DNA of 62,207 nt, the filler included, from Rhabdomonas costata (lineage: Eukaryota), in assembly GCA_019059605.1 (NCBI GenBank). It is 20 parts of 20 records of this genome, joined end to end, with 100 filler letters (N's around TTAATTAATTAA, not from the genome) between each part and the next. Parts side by side here need not be neighbours in the genome. Positions count along the whole stretch, not along the records: positions 1 to 3,029 come from JAHMHO010001537.1; positions 3,130 to 6,145 come from JAHMHO010001538.1; positions 6,246 to 9,259 come from JAHMHO010001539.1; positions 9,360 to 12,374 come from JAHMHO010001540.1; positions 12,475 to 15,491 come from JAHMHO010001541.1; 15 more parts are not named here. One strand, given 5' to 3'. Position numbers and translations under genes: made by a program. Under the pieces are notes generated by a model. The model saw only the letters and a list, made by a program, of their open reading frames with translations. It made no database searches and was not told the origin of the DNA. Below are positions 1-12,775 of this stretch, in pieces; within the stretch, counting starts at the first letter, position 1; each line of letters starts with the position of its first letter.

Positions 1-1584
1 TAATGACCGAATTGTCGGAGCAAGTCCGTTTGTCGGAGATCCATTTCTTCAGCAGCGAGACCCAGTCTTCCGATGGATCTTCGTACAAAATACTGGAATG
101 ACAAGTCCGATGCGGAGAGAATAGTGAGAACACTGGCTGGGAGGGAAGCCCCAAGGCAGCGGCGACAGCAGCGCAGCAGCACAGGGCGGAAAGATAAAGC
201 AGCACAGCAGTGGAGCAGTAGGATGGGAGAATTGATAAAGTTTGGTTTTGATAAAGCTGTGATAAACTGGGCTGCAAAAGCGGCGGAAAAATTCATCCCA
301 TTGTGTTCTCTGTTCTCCCAATTTCAGCAGCAGAGATTACCACAAAGAAGCAGCAGAAGAAAAGGATCACGGTTGGTTTTGTTAAGGAACGCAGGAAGGA
401 CTCAGGAGGACAAAGAGGCAGAGGGCAAGGATTGCTGGTTCTGGACCCCTGTGCACTGTGTGTGTTTGCGGCGGTGTGGTTGCCTTCTGTTTGGTGCCTT
501 AGCTTTTGGCTAGGTGGGAAAAGGGCAGAGTAGGCTAGGCCACCCCCATTTCGTCCCCAATTGCCCAGCAGCATGCAGGCATGCAAACCAGGCAAGGCCA
601 CACCAAGGTGCGACAGGTGGTAAACCAGACCGGCAGAGGCCCAGTAGCCAATCAGGTCCGTCATGGTATAGTCCTGCAGTTAGGCCCCAAAGGAAGTCCA
701 GGAGGAATGTCCCGCGAAGCGAGATGAAAGGGGCAAAGCGAGCGAGCGTCATTTTGCGCACTTGGTAAACACCAAGTTCAGACGCTACAGTGCCCACTGT
801 GTAAAGTAAAGTCGGGAGCGGCTGCCTGCGAGCCAGCCAGGTGTCCCACCCTTGGTAGAAGCGTCGAGACATGCAGGAGGGCCACTTGAGGGCAGGTCAT
901 TGTCAGGTTCGATTGGTCCCGCAAGTGGAGAAGAGAAAAGTGAATTACAACCTGCCACTTCATGTCTGGTGGTAGTACAGGTTTGTTTTAGATTAGTGGA
1001 GAATGTTTGATCTCAGAAAGAGCGCGGAGAAGAGTCAATTACCGGATTACACTTCCGTTTCCCAACCCCCCTTTTTCTTTTGGAACCACTACCGGGTTTC
1101 TACTCAAAGAACTAAGGCTAACAGCATTGTTTCATGAACAGGTGGTACCCGGAGTGAAGGTTTCCAGTGAAGAATGAACAGAACCCCGCCGCCGAGGCCA
1201 CTGCTGTTTCTGTCACTTACATTTGGGAAACATTTAGTGCCCGCCCTGTTGGATTCAGACTGCTGCTGAATGCTTCGTGGGAGAACCGAGCATGAGTCAA
1301 AAGCAGTTGATATCAGTTAGAGTCTCTAACGGAACCACCTTGGTGGTCGACACCTTTGTCAAAGTGTCCGCGTCCGTCCTTCCGTGTGATTTCCACATCC
1401 ATTTCTGCAGTCTTGGGCTACGCATTCTCTTTGCAGACATCAATATTGGGTGGACTGGGGAAACAGCCAAGTTCAGATTGTAAGGCGTGAGGCCACCTAC
1501 GTGATCAAAGTCCTACCTGTGTCATTTGTTTTGATATGATACCGAATAAAGAACTAAAAGCCCGTTTCACTAAACGGTCCAAAC

Positions 1585-2363
1585 CCAAATGATTCGCACA
1601 CAGCTTCAGAGTGCCATCACGACGCATCAGGAGACGGATTTTCTTGGAAGCCGTGTTGCACAGAAACTTGACCTCCCCCGTCCCACGCTCCTTCCATTGG
1701 TTGGATTCCTTGTCAAAGCGGTAAAGCTTGGCGCGCCTATAGCAGCAGAGGGCAAAGAACGCGCAAAATCAAAGCAGCGTTGTTCCCTGGAAGAACATAA
1801 CGACGGAACATTGGTGCGTGGCGTGGACACCGTTCACCATTCAGAAAAAATGGCAGAATGACAACACTTGCACGGTTGCACCGACTTCAAAGTTCAATGT
1901 GGGGGTGCTCTACTCAATGTCAACAGTTCAAAGTTCAACGTGACCAGTTCAAAGTTCAATGTTCTGACCGTAATAAAAACGCCAGAAAAAAATTCAAGGA
2001 TATTCTTGACGACCCGAAAAAAACCGGCCCGAAATTCAACGTCGAAGTTCAGAGTTCAAAGTTCAATATGGAGCAGTTCAAAGTTCAATTCGTTTGAATT
2101 CAAAGTTTAATTCAACCCTGCACATGCGAAAGATATAAACACCGAAAAACTGCAGCACGCAAAATGAAAGGTAAGCAAGCAGACTTCTTCCAAAGAACGT
2201 CCTCGTTCTCCTCGCCCGTTGCCGTTTCCACGGCGGAGAACTTTGCCTCTCCCTCGATCTTGGGACCATCCTCGCCATCGCCCGGTGCGGCGGCACCAGA
2301 GTGTTCTTCAACCTTCTCGGCCTCCGCGGAACTGCTTGAAGGTGCAGGCTGAGGCTCCGTCAT
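1585..2363 (-). CDS. RANBP1: Ran-binding protein 1 (RanBP1/Yrb1 domain); exons 2363-2185 and 1736-1585, later exons unresolved
   Basis: Spliced GT-AG join gives [66 protein letters not shown], the canonical RanBD sequence (WKERG motif). Confidence 0.93.
1869..2122. repeat. Degenerate AAGTTCA/GTTCAAA repeat array inside RanBP1 intron 1, bounded by a short imperfect inverted repeat
   Basis: More than 12 copies of the (A)GTTCAA core at 1886-2115; ends TGCACGGTTG and CAACCCTGCA. Confidence 0.65.
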
Positions 2364-2428
2364 TGTGGAAAAGAAATACAGCAGCTGCAAAGGAAGCGGG
2401 CACCGCCTAGGTGCTTGCGAAGGCAACC

Positions 2429-2431
<3 letters not shown>

Positions 2432-2472
<41 letters not shown>
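2432..2472. repeat. (GA)n microsatellite upstream of the RanBP1 start (polypyrimidine tract on the coding strand)
   Basis: Seen directly. Confidence 0.95.
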
Positions 2473-2474
<2 letters not shown>

Positions 2475-2861
2475 GGCGGAATGTGCAGTGAGCAGGCTTT
2501 GGAGGGAGTCTGGCATGAACACTTTCCAACCTTGTCAGACCTGGAAATAAGTTTTTAAAACCGAGCCCTGCAGAAAAGCAACTCCCAGAGAACAGTCCCC
2601 AAGACTGGGAAACCCCTTAACTGAGAGCGCGTCTTTTAACATCTTTCAACTGTCAAGCCCCCGCCCAAGGTAAAGCAAGAACGGAAAACGGCAAAAAGGG
2701 TTTAACGACAGGGCTGGTTGGGGTAATATCTCCTGATGTGGTTTGGCCTGGTTTTGGATGCGGAAGTGTGGTTTTGACGTGGTTTTGAACTTGTGTGGGA
2801 GTGGGCGAAAATCAGGGGGAAACCAGGGATAGCTGAACAAGAATCTAGGTGCAAAGGGAGA

Positions 2862-3026
2862 GGTGGGCGGAGTGATGATTAAACTCGGATGAAGGATGCA
2901 GTAAAAAGAAGGATGAAGGAAGACGGCCTGAAAGTGAAAGCGACAGTTATGAAATTTAAGGCCGTCTTCCTTCATCCTTCTTTTTACTGCATCCTTCATC
3001 CGAGTTTAATCATCACTCCCCCCACC
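2862..3026. repeat. Long hairpin/inverted repeat at a contig end
   Basis: 61-bp perfect arms (2869-2929 and 2959-3019) with a ~29-nt loop; mirrored ORFs MKDAVKRRMKEDGLK on both strands. Confidence 0.9.
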
Positions 3027-3029
3027 ACC

Positions 3030-3129
3030 NNNNNNNNNNNNNNNNNNNNNNNNNNNNNNNNNNNNNNNNNNNNTTAATTAATTAANNNNNNNNNNNNNNN
3101 NNNNNNNNNNNNNNNNNNNNNNNNNNNNN
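3030..3129. other. Artificial contig linker (44N-TTAATTAATTAA-44N). The same linker recurs 19 times, starting at 3030, 6146, 9260, 12375, 15492, 18620, 21738, 24857, 27975, 31089, 34204, 37318, 40437, 43549, 46661, 49771, 52881, 55990 and 59100
   Basis: Identical 100-bp spacer with stops in all six frames separates contigs of near-identical length (~3008-3029 bp). Confidence 0.98.
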
Positions 3130-6100
3130 TGTGTTGTGGGATCATCACCCGGGGCACTTCGGCCAGTCATGGGCTCCCTCTTCTTTTTTTTGAAGTTAAC
3201 CGCGTTAATTTTTTGTCCCTACAGTTCATTTCCGTATCGCTGTTCTGGGAGCCTTGGCCTCCGTTGGGCTCCGGGCCCTCACCCAGTCTTCAGTGGCCGC
3301 AACGAACATGGGGGGCAGTAGGACCACTAAACTATATATATCCAGAATGCTTCGGATTGCAGCTTCCGCCGAGCCTTTCAAACCTTTTTTGGACACTTTT
3401 TTGTGTTTGGGGGCCAATTCTGAGTAGCCCGTGAAAGAACGATAGGCTGGCGTACCGTCCACCTGAAGCCATGGATATGCGCGAGCAAGAATTTCTATTG
3501 TTCAAGTTTTCCTCCAGAGGTGATGCAAACCCTGGACAAGTCTCACCTCTGTTGTGTTCTCACATCCGTTAACATACAATGTCTGTGTGTGGTGACAACT
3601 TGTTTAGTACTCTTTGTGGGCAGAAGGCTGGCGTTGAAATAGACGAGTTCGAACAAAGCGCGGGTGAGCTGTGTATTGCCTCGTCTTCGTCCTTTGTCTG
3701 TAGGCCCATGGGGAACCCTTTTGCCTGTGCTGCGGAGCCCGTCCATTTCCGCCGTCTCTACCCGCGAAGGATTAGTTCCCTCCGCCAACTCACTGCACCG
3801 GACTCCGAGTTCCAGACGCAAGGCTACCGTCCGCCACCGCGCCACCGCTGGGGGCATAGAAGGTCCCCCACGAAAACCACGCCCCCCGGTCTCGCGGCTG
3901 TTTATGGCATCGTGACGTGAATGTTTGAATGTTCGTGGTACCACATGTGATGTACTTCCAGACGTGCTTGCTTGACTCATGCGTGATCGCCGCTTGGGAT
4001 CCTGTCGGAAGGACAATTCAGAGAACACCATTTTCACACATGGCTGTGGCGTAACACGTTGCCATCACCTCGGTATGTCTGGTCGGAGCATTCTGCGCTC
4101 CACTTTTTGAGGAGGGCTGGATGGCAGTGGTGTCAACTTGTTTTTGTGCAGCTGCAGCGGATTCCTGCAAATCATCGTGCGAAACTTGATTTGGGAGTAG
4201 GACAGTTTAAGCTATTGCCACGGACCCCGCTTCGTACGGTAATCCGGGGGGGGGGGCTGCTCCACATCCCAATCCGCTTGGGCGCTGGCGCCTACGGAAA
4301 TCAGCCATGGCGGGCCACCCGCCGAATCCACAACCTTTCGGCCACGAGGCCGAACCCAGAACGCTCTTACGTCGGAGCGGCGATGCGCCATGCGCCCCTT
4401 TTTGGTGCGTCGTCTCTCCCGCTTTTGTGCGGTCTACCTTCATGGTCCTGGCCTATCCCCCAAAGCGTTTTTTCGTTCCTTCCGGCCGGTGGGTGTTTTC
4501 CCTCCTTGAACTTTGCCGTCATTAGGCATCGCGTTCTCATCCGGATTTGGTTTGGAAGGGAATGACCTATAAAAAACAAGAAACTGCGGTGGCAAAAGGC
4601 ATGAAAGCACACCCGATCTAAACCCTGTATTCGGGAATTTTTAGAAAGGCTCTATCGTGCTTCTTTCCCGGTTTATTCTGCGCAAAATAGCACCGGAAAA
4701 GCAGGGCAGTTAACGTTCCGGAACTCGGAATTTAGTATTTCTTGGGTTTCTTTTTGCTGCATTTTGGCCGGGTTATGGGGCGGTGCAAAGCAGTTGGGGC
4801 GGGCCGCGCAGGCGGTCAGCAATTGGGTTCGGGTATGATTGCGGTGCGGTGGCCGGGTGGGGGGCCTAGACGGATGGAAACCGCTCCTCTGCTATTGTCA
4901 ACTTTTGCCCGGCTGTTAGCCGACCACGTTTGAAACAATTCTATTTCTTGGGAAGGCGCTGCACGTTTAGCGGGGTTAAACTTTCTGGGCCTTGTGTTGA
5001 GTCGCGGCGGTCAGCCCGGGGCCCGGTCGGAGCGTACAAAAGAGGGGTGGAAAGTGCCATGGTGTGCGCGGCTACTTTGTTTGATAAAAGGCAAAAACAT
5101 CGTTCAAATCTTCAAATCGTTCATATTCCCTGCGAAGGGGTCAGTTTAACGGGGTGAATCCGTTGGTGATCAGCTATTTCACTTCCCGAGGCAGGTGGTT
5201 TTCTGGAGCCTCGATGGCGCATATTTGGCAATCCCCACCTGGCTCGGTCGCATGGCAAATCTGATGGCGGACAGCTGGGCTGACTTCGACACTCGATCAT
5301 AAATAATGACATGTTCATCCAGCAAAGGTGAAAGATACGTAAGAACTTCAAGCAAGCCTCCTCCCAGCGTACTATGGATGATTACACCCACACTGGTGAT
5401 GCTTTCAGTAGCGCTAGTAATTTCCTACATCCCTCAACGGGCATATCCATGGCAGCAAACCACACGGCTTGGCCCCAGTGCCCGGCGCTGCCAACAACCC
5501 CACCTTTGCACGCACGAACTTTCCAGCAAATCCAGCATTTCCAGCAAAGCCTTGAACAGTCCACGCCGGTACACGTGAACACCAACACCGACCTTAGCCA
5601 CGTGAGTGCCACGCCGTGCTCGCCGCCGAGGTGGGTAGCCGTTTTAAAGTCTCACACCGCACCGGACACACTTCTCCCAGGGACCGTACCCGTTAGGTTG
5701 CCCAGCCATCTGCACAAGTGAAACACCAGACCCGAGTTGCTGTGAAGGAAGCAACCGCATTGGATTCATCCGGAACATGGGTGGTAATCAGCCGAATTTC
5801 CAGGGCAGGCATAAAAGATGTTTGGAACGCCCAAAGTAAACCACCAGCACAACGCAGCCGCCACAACCGGAGTCTGCAGCTCAAGTCCAACCCAATGTTT
5901 CCAACGGGCGGTCAAGTGGCAGTGCGTCCTCTTGGGGGACCCGTGGAGCAGATTTACGGCCTGGGGATCCTGGCCGCCATAACGGCCTCAAGGATGGGGG
6001 CGGCCACCTGCAACGCACGGGGAGAACATACACAGAAGCCGGAAAGACGAAGCCCAGAAAAACAGGCAACCAGGAGGGTGCAACTGCTTTTACAAGGGTG

Positions 6101-9100
6101 GCGCCCGCCAGAAAACAATGCGCAAGGCGGCATGAGGCAAAAACANNNNNNNNNNNNNNNNNNNNNNNNNNNNNNNNNNNNNNNNNNNNTTAATTAATTA
6201 ANNNNNNNNNNNNNNNNNNNNNNNNNNNNNNNNNNNNNNNNNNNNTTTGTTGGTCTTGGACTCTCCTTTGAAGAGCCTTCTGTGGAGTCCCGCTTTGCGT
6301 TTGTTTTGTACTTCTTTGACTCTCGTGGTGTACAACTGTGGTGATCACTGGGACACTATGACACTGCGGGTCACGGGACAACGACTGCTGCGTTGTTTGT
6401 GGCGTGGAATTCCTCGACTGTAATGAGCGCTCACCGCTGCGCCGTTTCCCCCTTTTTCTGTGGTGGTTGCTGTTCATCGCACCCAAGCCTTCGCCCGAGA
6501 CAAGAAAACAGAACGAAAGGGCACGTTCTCAGCGAAATAGGGGAGTTCGACAGCGTCATATGCCGCTGGGTTATGTCCTCAGTCCGCACACAAGAACTTG
6601 TGCAAATGGTTCGCCTACAACTGGTGACTATCACCCCCACAGTCCGGTGGTCCCGCCTTTGCTGGCTTGTTTCGTAGACTGGGCTGCAGCACTGCGGGCA
6701 TTTGCCAAAATCATAAGCGTGGCTCTGTAGACATGCTTCTATTGAAATGAAAATCCCTCCAGTGTTTATCTCATGTATTCACTGGTGCAAGGGAATTTTC
6801 GTGGCGTTGAATGGGCACATGCACCGATAGATTCGATTTTTGAAGTGCGCATCACGACCATATAAGGCAATAGAGGACCATCCGAGAGACACCTGAGCAT
6901 CCATCCCTGCTTCGTCCTCCCTTCGCTTTTCAGGTCGCTTTCCATCGGTGTGCGTGTCCGTTTAACCTTGCCTGTTTTCAAGTGTGTTTCGTCAGTATGT
7001 CCTTGAGTGCCTCCCTGGATCTGGGCCGTCCTGTGGCCCGCTCCGCGTCCACCTCGCCTTATTATAGCGCCTCCCTGCGATCGTCCAGGTTGCTGAACCC
7101 CACCCCCTCCTGGTGCACTGCTGCCGTCTCTCTTACCGTTTGCATTTTTCCCGCTTGCAATCATTGCGCCCGGAACAGCAAGCTTTTTTTGTCCATATTG
7201 TTAGTCTCGGTTTTGCACCTTTGCCCGGTGCAGGGTTTTCCCACCAACGGCGTCCTCCCTGGAGAGAGCCGAGCGCCGGGCACGCGGACGTATCCTTCAG
7301 CCAGACCGCTGGTTCTCATTTTTGGGGACAGGAGAGGATAGCCTGTGCCCTTGCATTTTTAGGTGCCAAACATGCTGCGTTTCAATTTTATAGCTCAGAT
7401 CTTCCCGTGCCGTGGCACTTTCAAGTTGTTTTGGTCCTCGTTCACGGATTTAACTTTCGATCAGCATCGAGTTCAGTCCGTGCACATGTTATCGCCATGG
7501 GCACAGCCCTCTCAGGAAGCATGTTCTGCCAGGGCAGCTAGCATTACGGGGAAGCTACTCCAGAACAAATGAACAATTTGAAACACCTCTTTTGTTTTGG
7601 GCTGCTCTTCAATCCTGTTTTTGTTCACCATTGATTCTGCCAGCGCACAGCTGCGCGAATAAAGAAAATAAAGATTTCAAATGTTCGCCCTCAAATCCAC
7701 TTTGCCCGGGTTGGTGATTGCACTTGGGAGGAATACTCGTTTACAATGGAAGCGAGTGGTCACGTTTTGTCACTTAAACCCTTCATCGCAGAAGGGGTTG
7801 AAATCTCGGTGTTCTCAGCGGTATGTGTCATGGGTGCTGTTCTGTGGTGGTAGGGATCTTGGGGGCTCCCTAATGCCTCGTCCCCCGCCCCCACGGCGGC
7901 CACGGCAGGAGCCCCCGTGGCTTACACTGGCCTCGTCCTCCAACAGCGCAACCTCGCCGTACTCTGCGCCTTACACCGCCTCTGTCGGGCCCAGGGCGTC
8001 CACCTCCTCCTTGGGCGTGCCGGTGCAGCGTTTGTTTCTCCTCCCCTCTCGGAGTACGCCGGAGTACCTCCTCTTGGAGTACACCGTAGCAAATCAGCAC
8101 CATGCTATCAGATCTCTTTTCTGGTGAACCCAAAACATCAAAGTCTTGTCTACATATGCTCGAAGCCCGACGTTGTCAAGTTCTCATCAAGTCTTTGGTG
8201 CGCTGACAGCTAGCGTGTACATCCCGCTGGCGTTGCGCCGGAATAGGCCTAAATTCGGCTTTAAGGTGCACAAGAATCCTTTCTTGAGCCTTATTGTTCC
8301 CTTTTGAGAGGCCAAGTGCGGAGGTGTACATGTCCCTCTGTTTCCTTCTCCAGGACAAGCACAGACCCCCAGCCCCACCCGTGCTTTCTGGATCCTCGTG
8401 GAGCCCCGTGGTTGTGGACTACCCAGACCGGGTCTGGTCTGAGTCCCCGATGATAGTTGTCGGCTGGAGGCGAGCTGACCCCCAACACCCCTCGCCTCCA
8501 GCTGAGCCCGCTGCTCACCACCGCCGGCACAACTGGAGGTACCGTGGCACCGTCGACTCCGAGCCCGAGCCCGATCCTGAGTTGGACGCCGAGGGGGAGG
8601 AACAAAAAGGTGCGCATCGTTCTCTTTGCACTGATGATCAAACGTGGAAAGGTGTATGCACTGCATTTTTGGCGGGTTCGTTGCATTTAGGGGCGGTGGC
8701 GGGGGTGTTCAACGGTTCCATGGTTAAACGATTCGTTTGAGAAACGGAAGGCAATATCACATAATGATGGCCATGAGGCTATGACTACCCAAACTCGTGA
8801 ACAACCCCTTGGCAACGTCCTCGCCGCCCACTGACACTCTCCTCTCAAATAAGCCTGTTTGACTCGTCTCCAGAACCCAACGCGAAGTTCGTTCCATGGA
8901 CCACCGTGGGCAGGGTTGAACCAGGATAATCGTTACCCCCTCCCCCCGAATACTGCGTTGCAATTTGCTTGCCTTTGAAGGTGTGTTTCCTTCCTGGCAC
9001 TAACAGGGTACCAAGTGGTATCGGCCTTTGTTTCCACTGAACGCTTACTTGATTGAGAGAAGCCCTGAATCACCATAGTGCTATTTTGATCCTTTCCTGG

Positions 9101-10512
9101 GCATTGACAAACACCCTCGTTCCTTCAGAATCTCCGGGTACCCAGAGACAGACACCTCTGGCCAGCTCACCTGCGGACCTTCCCGGCCCATCCAGGTCGA
9201 CCGCACCCTCCAAACTCACGCGCGTTGAAACCGATTTTTTTTTGCCTGCCGTCGCGCTCNNNNNNNNNNNNNNNNNNNNNNNNNNNNNNNNNNNNNNNNN
9301 NNNTTAATTAATTAANNNNNNNNNNNNNNNNNNNNNNNNNNNNNNNNNNNNNNNNNNNNCCCCTCTCCCAGGTACTTCTGATGGGGACCGTTTGCTTGAG
9401 CCGTCTTTAGTGGGGAATTACCCCCTTCAATGACTCCGTTTGTTCGCTTGTTTGCTTGTTGGCATGTTTTCGTTCTCCTTTTAGGATCCTTCCTTCCTCG
9501 CCCGCTCTGATCACGTAACTCCGTACAATTCCATAATGAATGCGTCAGCACCCCCTCTCCCAGGTACTTCTGATGGGGACCGTTTGCTTGCACACAAACT
9601 TTTCCCATTGCTACCCCGTAAATTATTGCCTTTTTCCCTCGTCCAAAGCCGAGAACATTGCTGCTGTTTTGTGCAACCAAGATGAGACCTCGAAAACCCA
9701 ATTCCAATCCATCAAGGTCCAACCTGAGCAGCAGTGTTCTTTGGAAGCGGGTGATGAGTGCATCCGCATGGGGAGCAAACGGAATATGGAAATAGAATAA
9801 CGCAATGCCGAGGAAAACTGTGTACAATATGTAATGGGGCATCGGTGAAAACAAAGCGAATGGCAGCGGAAATCTGAAAACCCGAAACCAGACTCAAGGG
9901 CTTGTTAATCCATATCACTGTACAGAACATCACTTTATTAAACACCTTCACATTCGCTCGTTGCAAAGTTCTGCACTTATGAATACAAACCCTCTGCAGC
10001 CAAGCAAGGCGCACTTCCCGGTCCACCCCACATCCACCAAGGACTGCACGCGGGCTGGGGAGGACCGCCGCCGCGCAAGGTTCTTCATCGGACCCCGCGT
10101 GACAGGGCAGACGTCCACGTTTCTGCGACCAAGCACCACGGAGCGCGAACTCCCACAATGCAGTACAAATGACAGAAACTTTGGGGCTCCAAGCACACCA
10201 CTATTCCCAGCTTGAAATCAAAAATGACTTTTCAGGGCATAGAGGAAGGATCTCACTGTTCAGAGGCTCACCCATTCCACGCACTGCACTAATCTGATGT
10301 TGCTTACCCTTCTGTTTCAAAGGAAGCAGCTCTGAAAAGATAGCTGAAAACGGCGCTTGCGGGCGGCACAGGTTGGAGTAAGGCAATGCAACAAAAGCCC
10401 ACTAGCAGTCTTGCTGACCTTATCCATGTTCACATTCCTTCGAGTAAACGATTTCCTAGCGTTTTCTAGCGCCCCTCTTCTATTCTCTTCTCCTATTCCC
10501 ACACCCCCAGAC

Positions 10513-11108
10513 CTGTAGTAGATGGACTCGTATGACTTGACATCTCCGCGATCCAGAGGGGTCATGAACTCCACGGCGCGGTATTTCTCCATCTTACGAA
10601 GCTCGTCGCACGCGGCGCGGGTAGGGGGGTGGGTGTGGTATGCTTGGGCAGCAATCAGAATCTGGAACTTGATCCCTGGACACCCGAAACCCAAACAACG
10701 CAGAATCAGCGATCTAAAAATACTACCCGTGAACTTGACCACAAGGCAAGCATAAACGGTGTCGTTCTCCGCCTGTGTTGGCCGAAGCTGAAAGCCGCAA
10801 CGTTGCTGATGCAAAGCAAAGGCCCCCAGCTGCCTGCCTGCCTGCCTGCCTGCCTGCAGAAGGGGGAGCGGGGGGAAGTGAGAGAATCCAAACCCGCGAT
10901 CCATTTCGCCTTGTCCTCCAGGTTCAAAAGCGCTTCAAGTGATCCAATCACCTGCGCAGAAAAGCTTCAGCTCAAGGCGCAACTCCCCACCAATCACTCA
11001 AATCACTGCCACAACCTAGGCCTCTTGCGGGGGACACCCGGTGTTCCCAACATACAAGTGAGTTGGAGACCTACATACATAGGGATAAGGAGTAGGGGGA
11101 TTTCTTTT

Positions 11109-11160
<52 letters not shown>

Positions 11161-12141
11161 TTGCAGAATGGAAGTCAGCAACACTGACAACTAGAATGTA
11201 CATGGGATTGCTCAACTGAGCAGGCAAGCATGCGGATAAGTGTGCGAAAGGGGAGGGAGAGGGAGAAAAAGGGGGCATAGGATGAGACACCTCCAGGAGG
11301 CGGTTGACCTCCTCCTGCTCCTCCTTCTCGTGGATGTACGAGGTCACGAGGTGCCGCACAAACTTCCGGTAGTGCCACACGGCCTCGTTATCGGCGTTAC
11401 GACCCTCGGCGCGGCTCTGCAGGAAGGAAGGGAGGAGGGATTTAATAGGGGGGCGATGTTTCCTCTCTGCTCCAGTGACACACTATCACAGCATAACCAG
11501 TGCTCCGATGTGTGCAATAGGTTGGTGCGAAAAAGGGGTTCGTGCCAGAGCTTGTGCGTTAAAGTCACCCGAATATTCAAGCACCCCACCCCCAGCCCTC
11601 ACTGAATCTCTCGTCTCTCGCTAGTAGTTTACTTTTTACACAACGGAGACAATGAGAAGGAGAACAGTGAAAACCACTTCCATCACAAACGGAGAAAATT
11701 GTTTTTTTGGGGAGGGGGAGGGGGGCTAAACGTTTAAGTCAGAACGCAAGAGCGAGTATCGGGTCCTACAAATCGTTTCCCCATTACAAGGTGGTGGGGA
11801 AAAAGAAGCAGCCTTTTTTTAGCCACGGTTGTCCTTCAAGCCCGCAAAATCTCTTAAAAACACACAGGCACAGCAACATACGGTGTACACAAGATACATA
11901 CATACAATATCACCAAAGTTCGTAGCGTAGTCTCCAGTTGTGGGAGCATCAGATGAGCGCGGGGGATGAAGGAAAATCAATTGCCCTTTAGCCATAACCC
12001 AATCCCACACTAAAACCCCAAGAGAGAGAGAGAGAGAGAGACCCGGCCTTCGATGATTTGGCGCAGGGTGTAGCCCAAAAGGTCCTCCAGGGAGTGCCGT
12101 ACCGCCGCCGCAAGCCGGCCCAAGAGCTTGGACTTCCCGTC
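10513..12141 (-). CDS. Multi-exon gene fragment of unknown function (exons ~12141-12043, 11416-11291, ~10771-10730, ~10620-10513)
   Basis: GC-rich open segments bounded by AG/GT: DGKSKLLGRLAAAVRHSLEDLLGYTLRQIIEGR, SRAEGRNADNEAVWHYRKFVRHLVTSYIHEKEEQEEVNRLLE, AENDTVYACLVVKFT, AACDELRKMEKYRAVEFMTPLDRGDVKSYESIYYR. Confidence 0.6.
11101..11162. repeat. (TTTC)n microsatellite; a (CCTG)n run lies nearby at ~10830-10857
   Basis: Seen directly. Confidence 0.95.
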
Positions 12142-12775
12142 CTGGAAAGGGAAGGGAAAGAGTTCCAACATTACAGGAGCCCAATACTGGCAATGGCAAA
12201 AGAAGAGCAAGAATATGCCGCAGCAGTTAGCTACTGCCCCTCCCCTCCTCCGGGTCCGCAGCGAGTCATGGCACTGTTTCTTCGGACAGGATCTGGTCTC
12301 GCTGCTATTCACGATGCATGCGATGCACGCGGGTTGAAATGGTCAATTCACACGAAACAACAACAACAACATGGNNNNNNNNNNNNNNNNNNNNNNNNNN
12401 NNNNNNNNNNNNNNNNNNTTAATTAATTAANNNNNNNNNNNNNNNNNNNNNNNNNNNNNNNNNNNNNNNNNNNNTTGTGGTTTGGCTTGCAACATATTTT
12501 CTTTTGCACGTTTTCGCATTTACGAAGACCCGGGCCTGCTTCAGCTTCGCTTTTTGGCCCTTCTTTTTGACCCTAAATTGCGTTGTTGTCCTCCGGACTT
12601 GGATTGTGGGTCCCTACGGCCGAGAGAACGCACACATCTGCCATGGTGTCAGTGTATATCAGCGTTTTCGGTAGATGAAAGGAGAAATGTGCATATGCCC
12701 CTATGCGGAGATCTATGCTGCTCTTCGAACTCACCCTGAGTTATATATGTCTGTGTCGCTATCTTTTCCCCACAG

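Noticed and set aside
514..900. RLGHPHFVPNCPAAC and GRSVETCRRA resembling a copia-like integrase
   Set aside because: No continuous frame or DDE triad; too degenerate to call
3074..3085. TTAATTAATTAA repeated every ~3.1 kb, superficially like a regularly spaced array
   Set aside because: Embedded in N runs; an artificial six-frame-stop linker, not CRISPR or a biological repeat
6246..9259. GC-rich exon-like segments (7000-7300, 7920-8090, 8380-8610) and an OTU-like YNCGDHWD motif
   Set aside because: No consistent strand or frame and no recognisable family; an in-frame stop in the best frame
9360..9590. ~39-bp direct repeat
   Set aside because: One copy is the contig terminus; probably an assembly/WGA artefact and only two copies
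9540..9800. NQDET motif suggesting a pogo/Tc1 DDE transposase
   Set aside because: A single short motif with no other support
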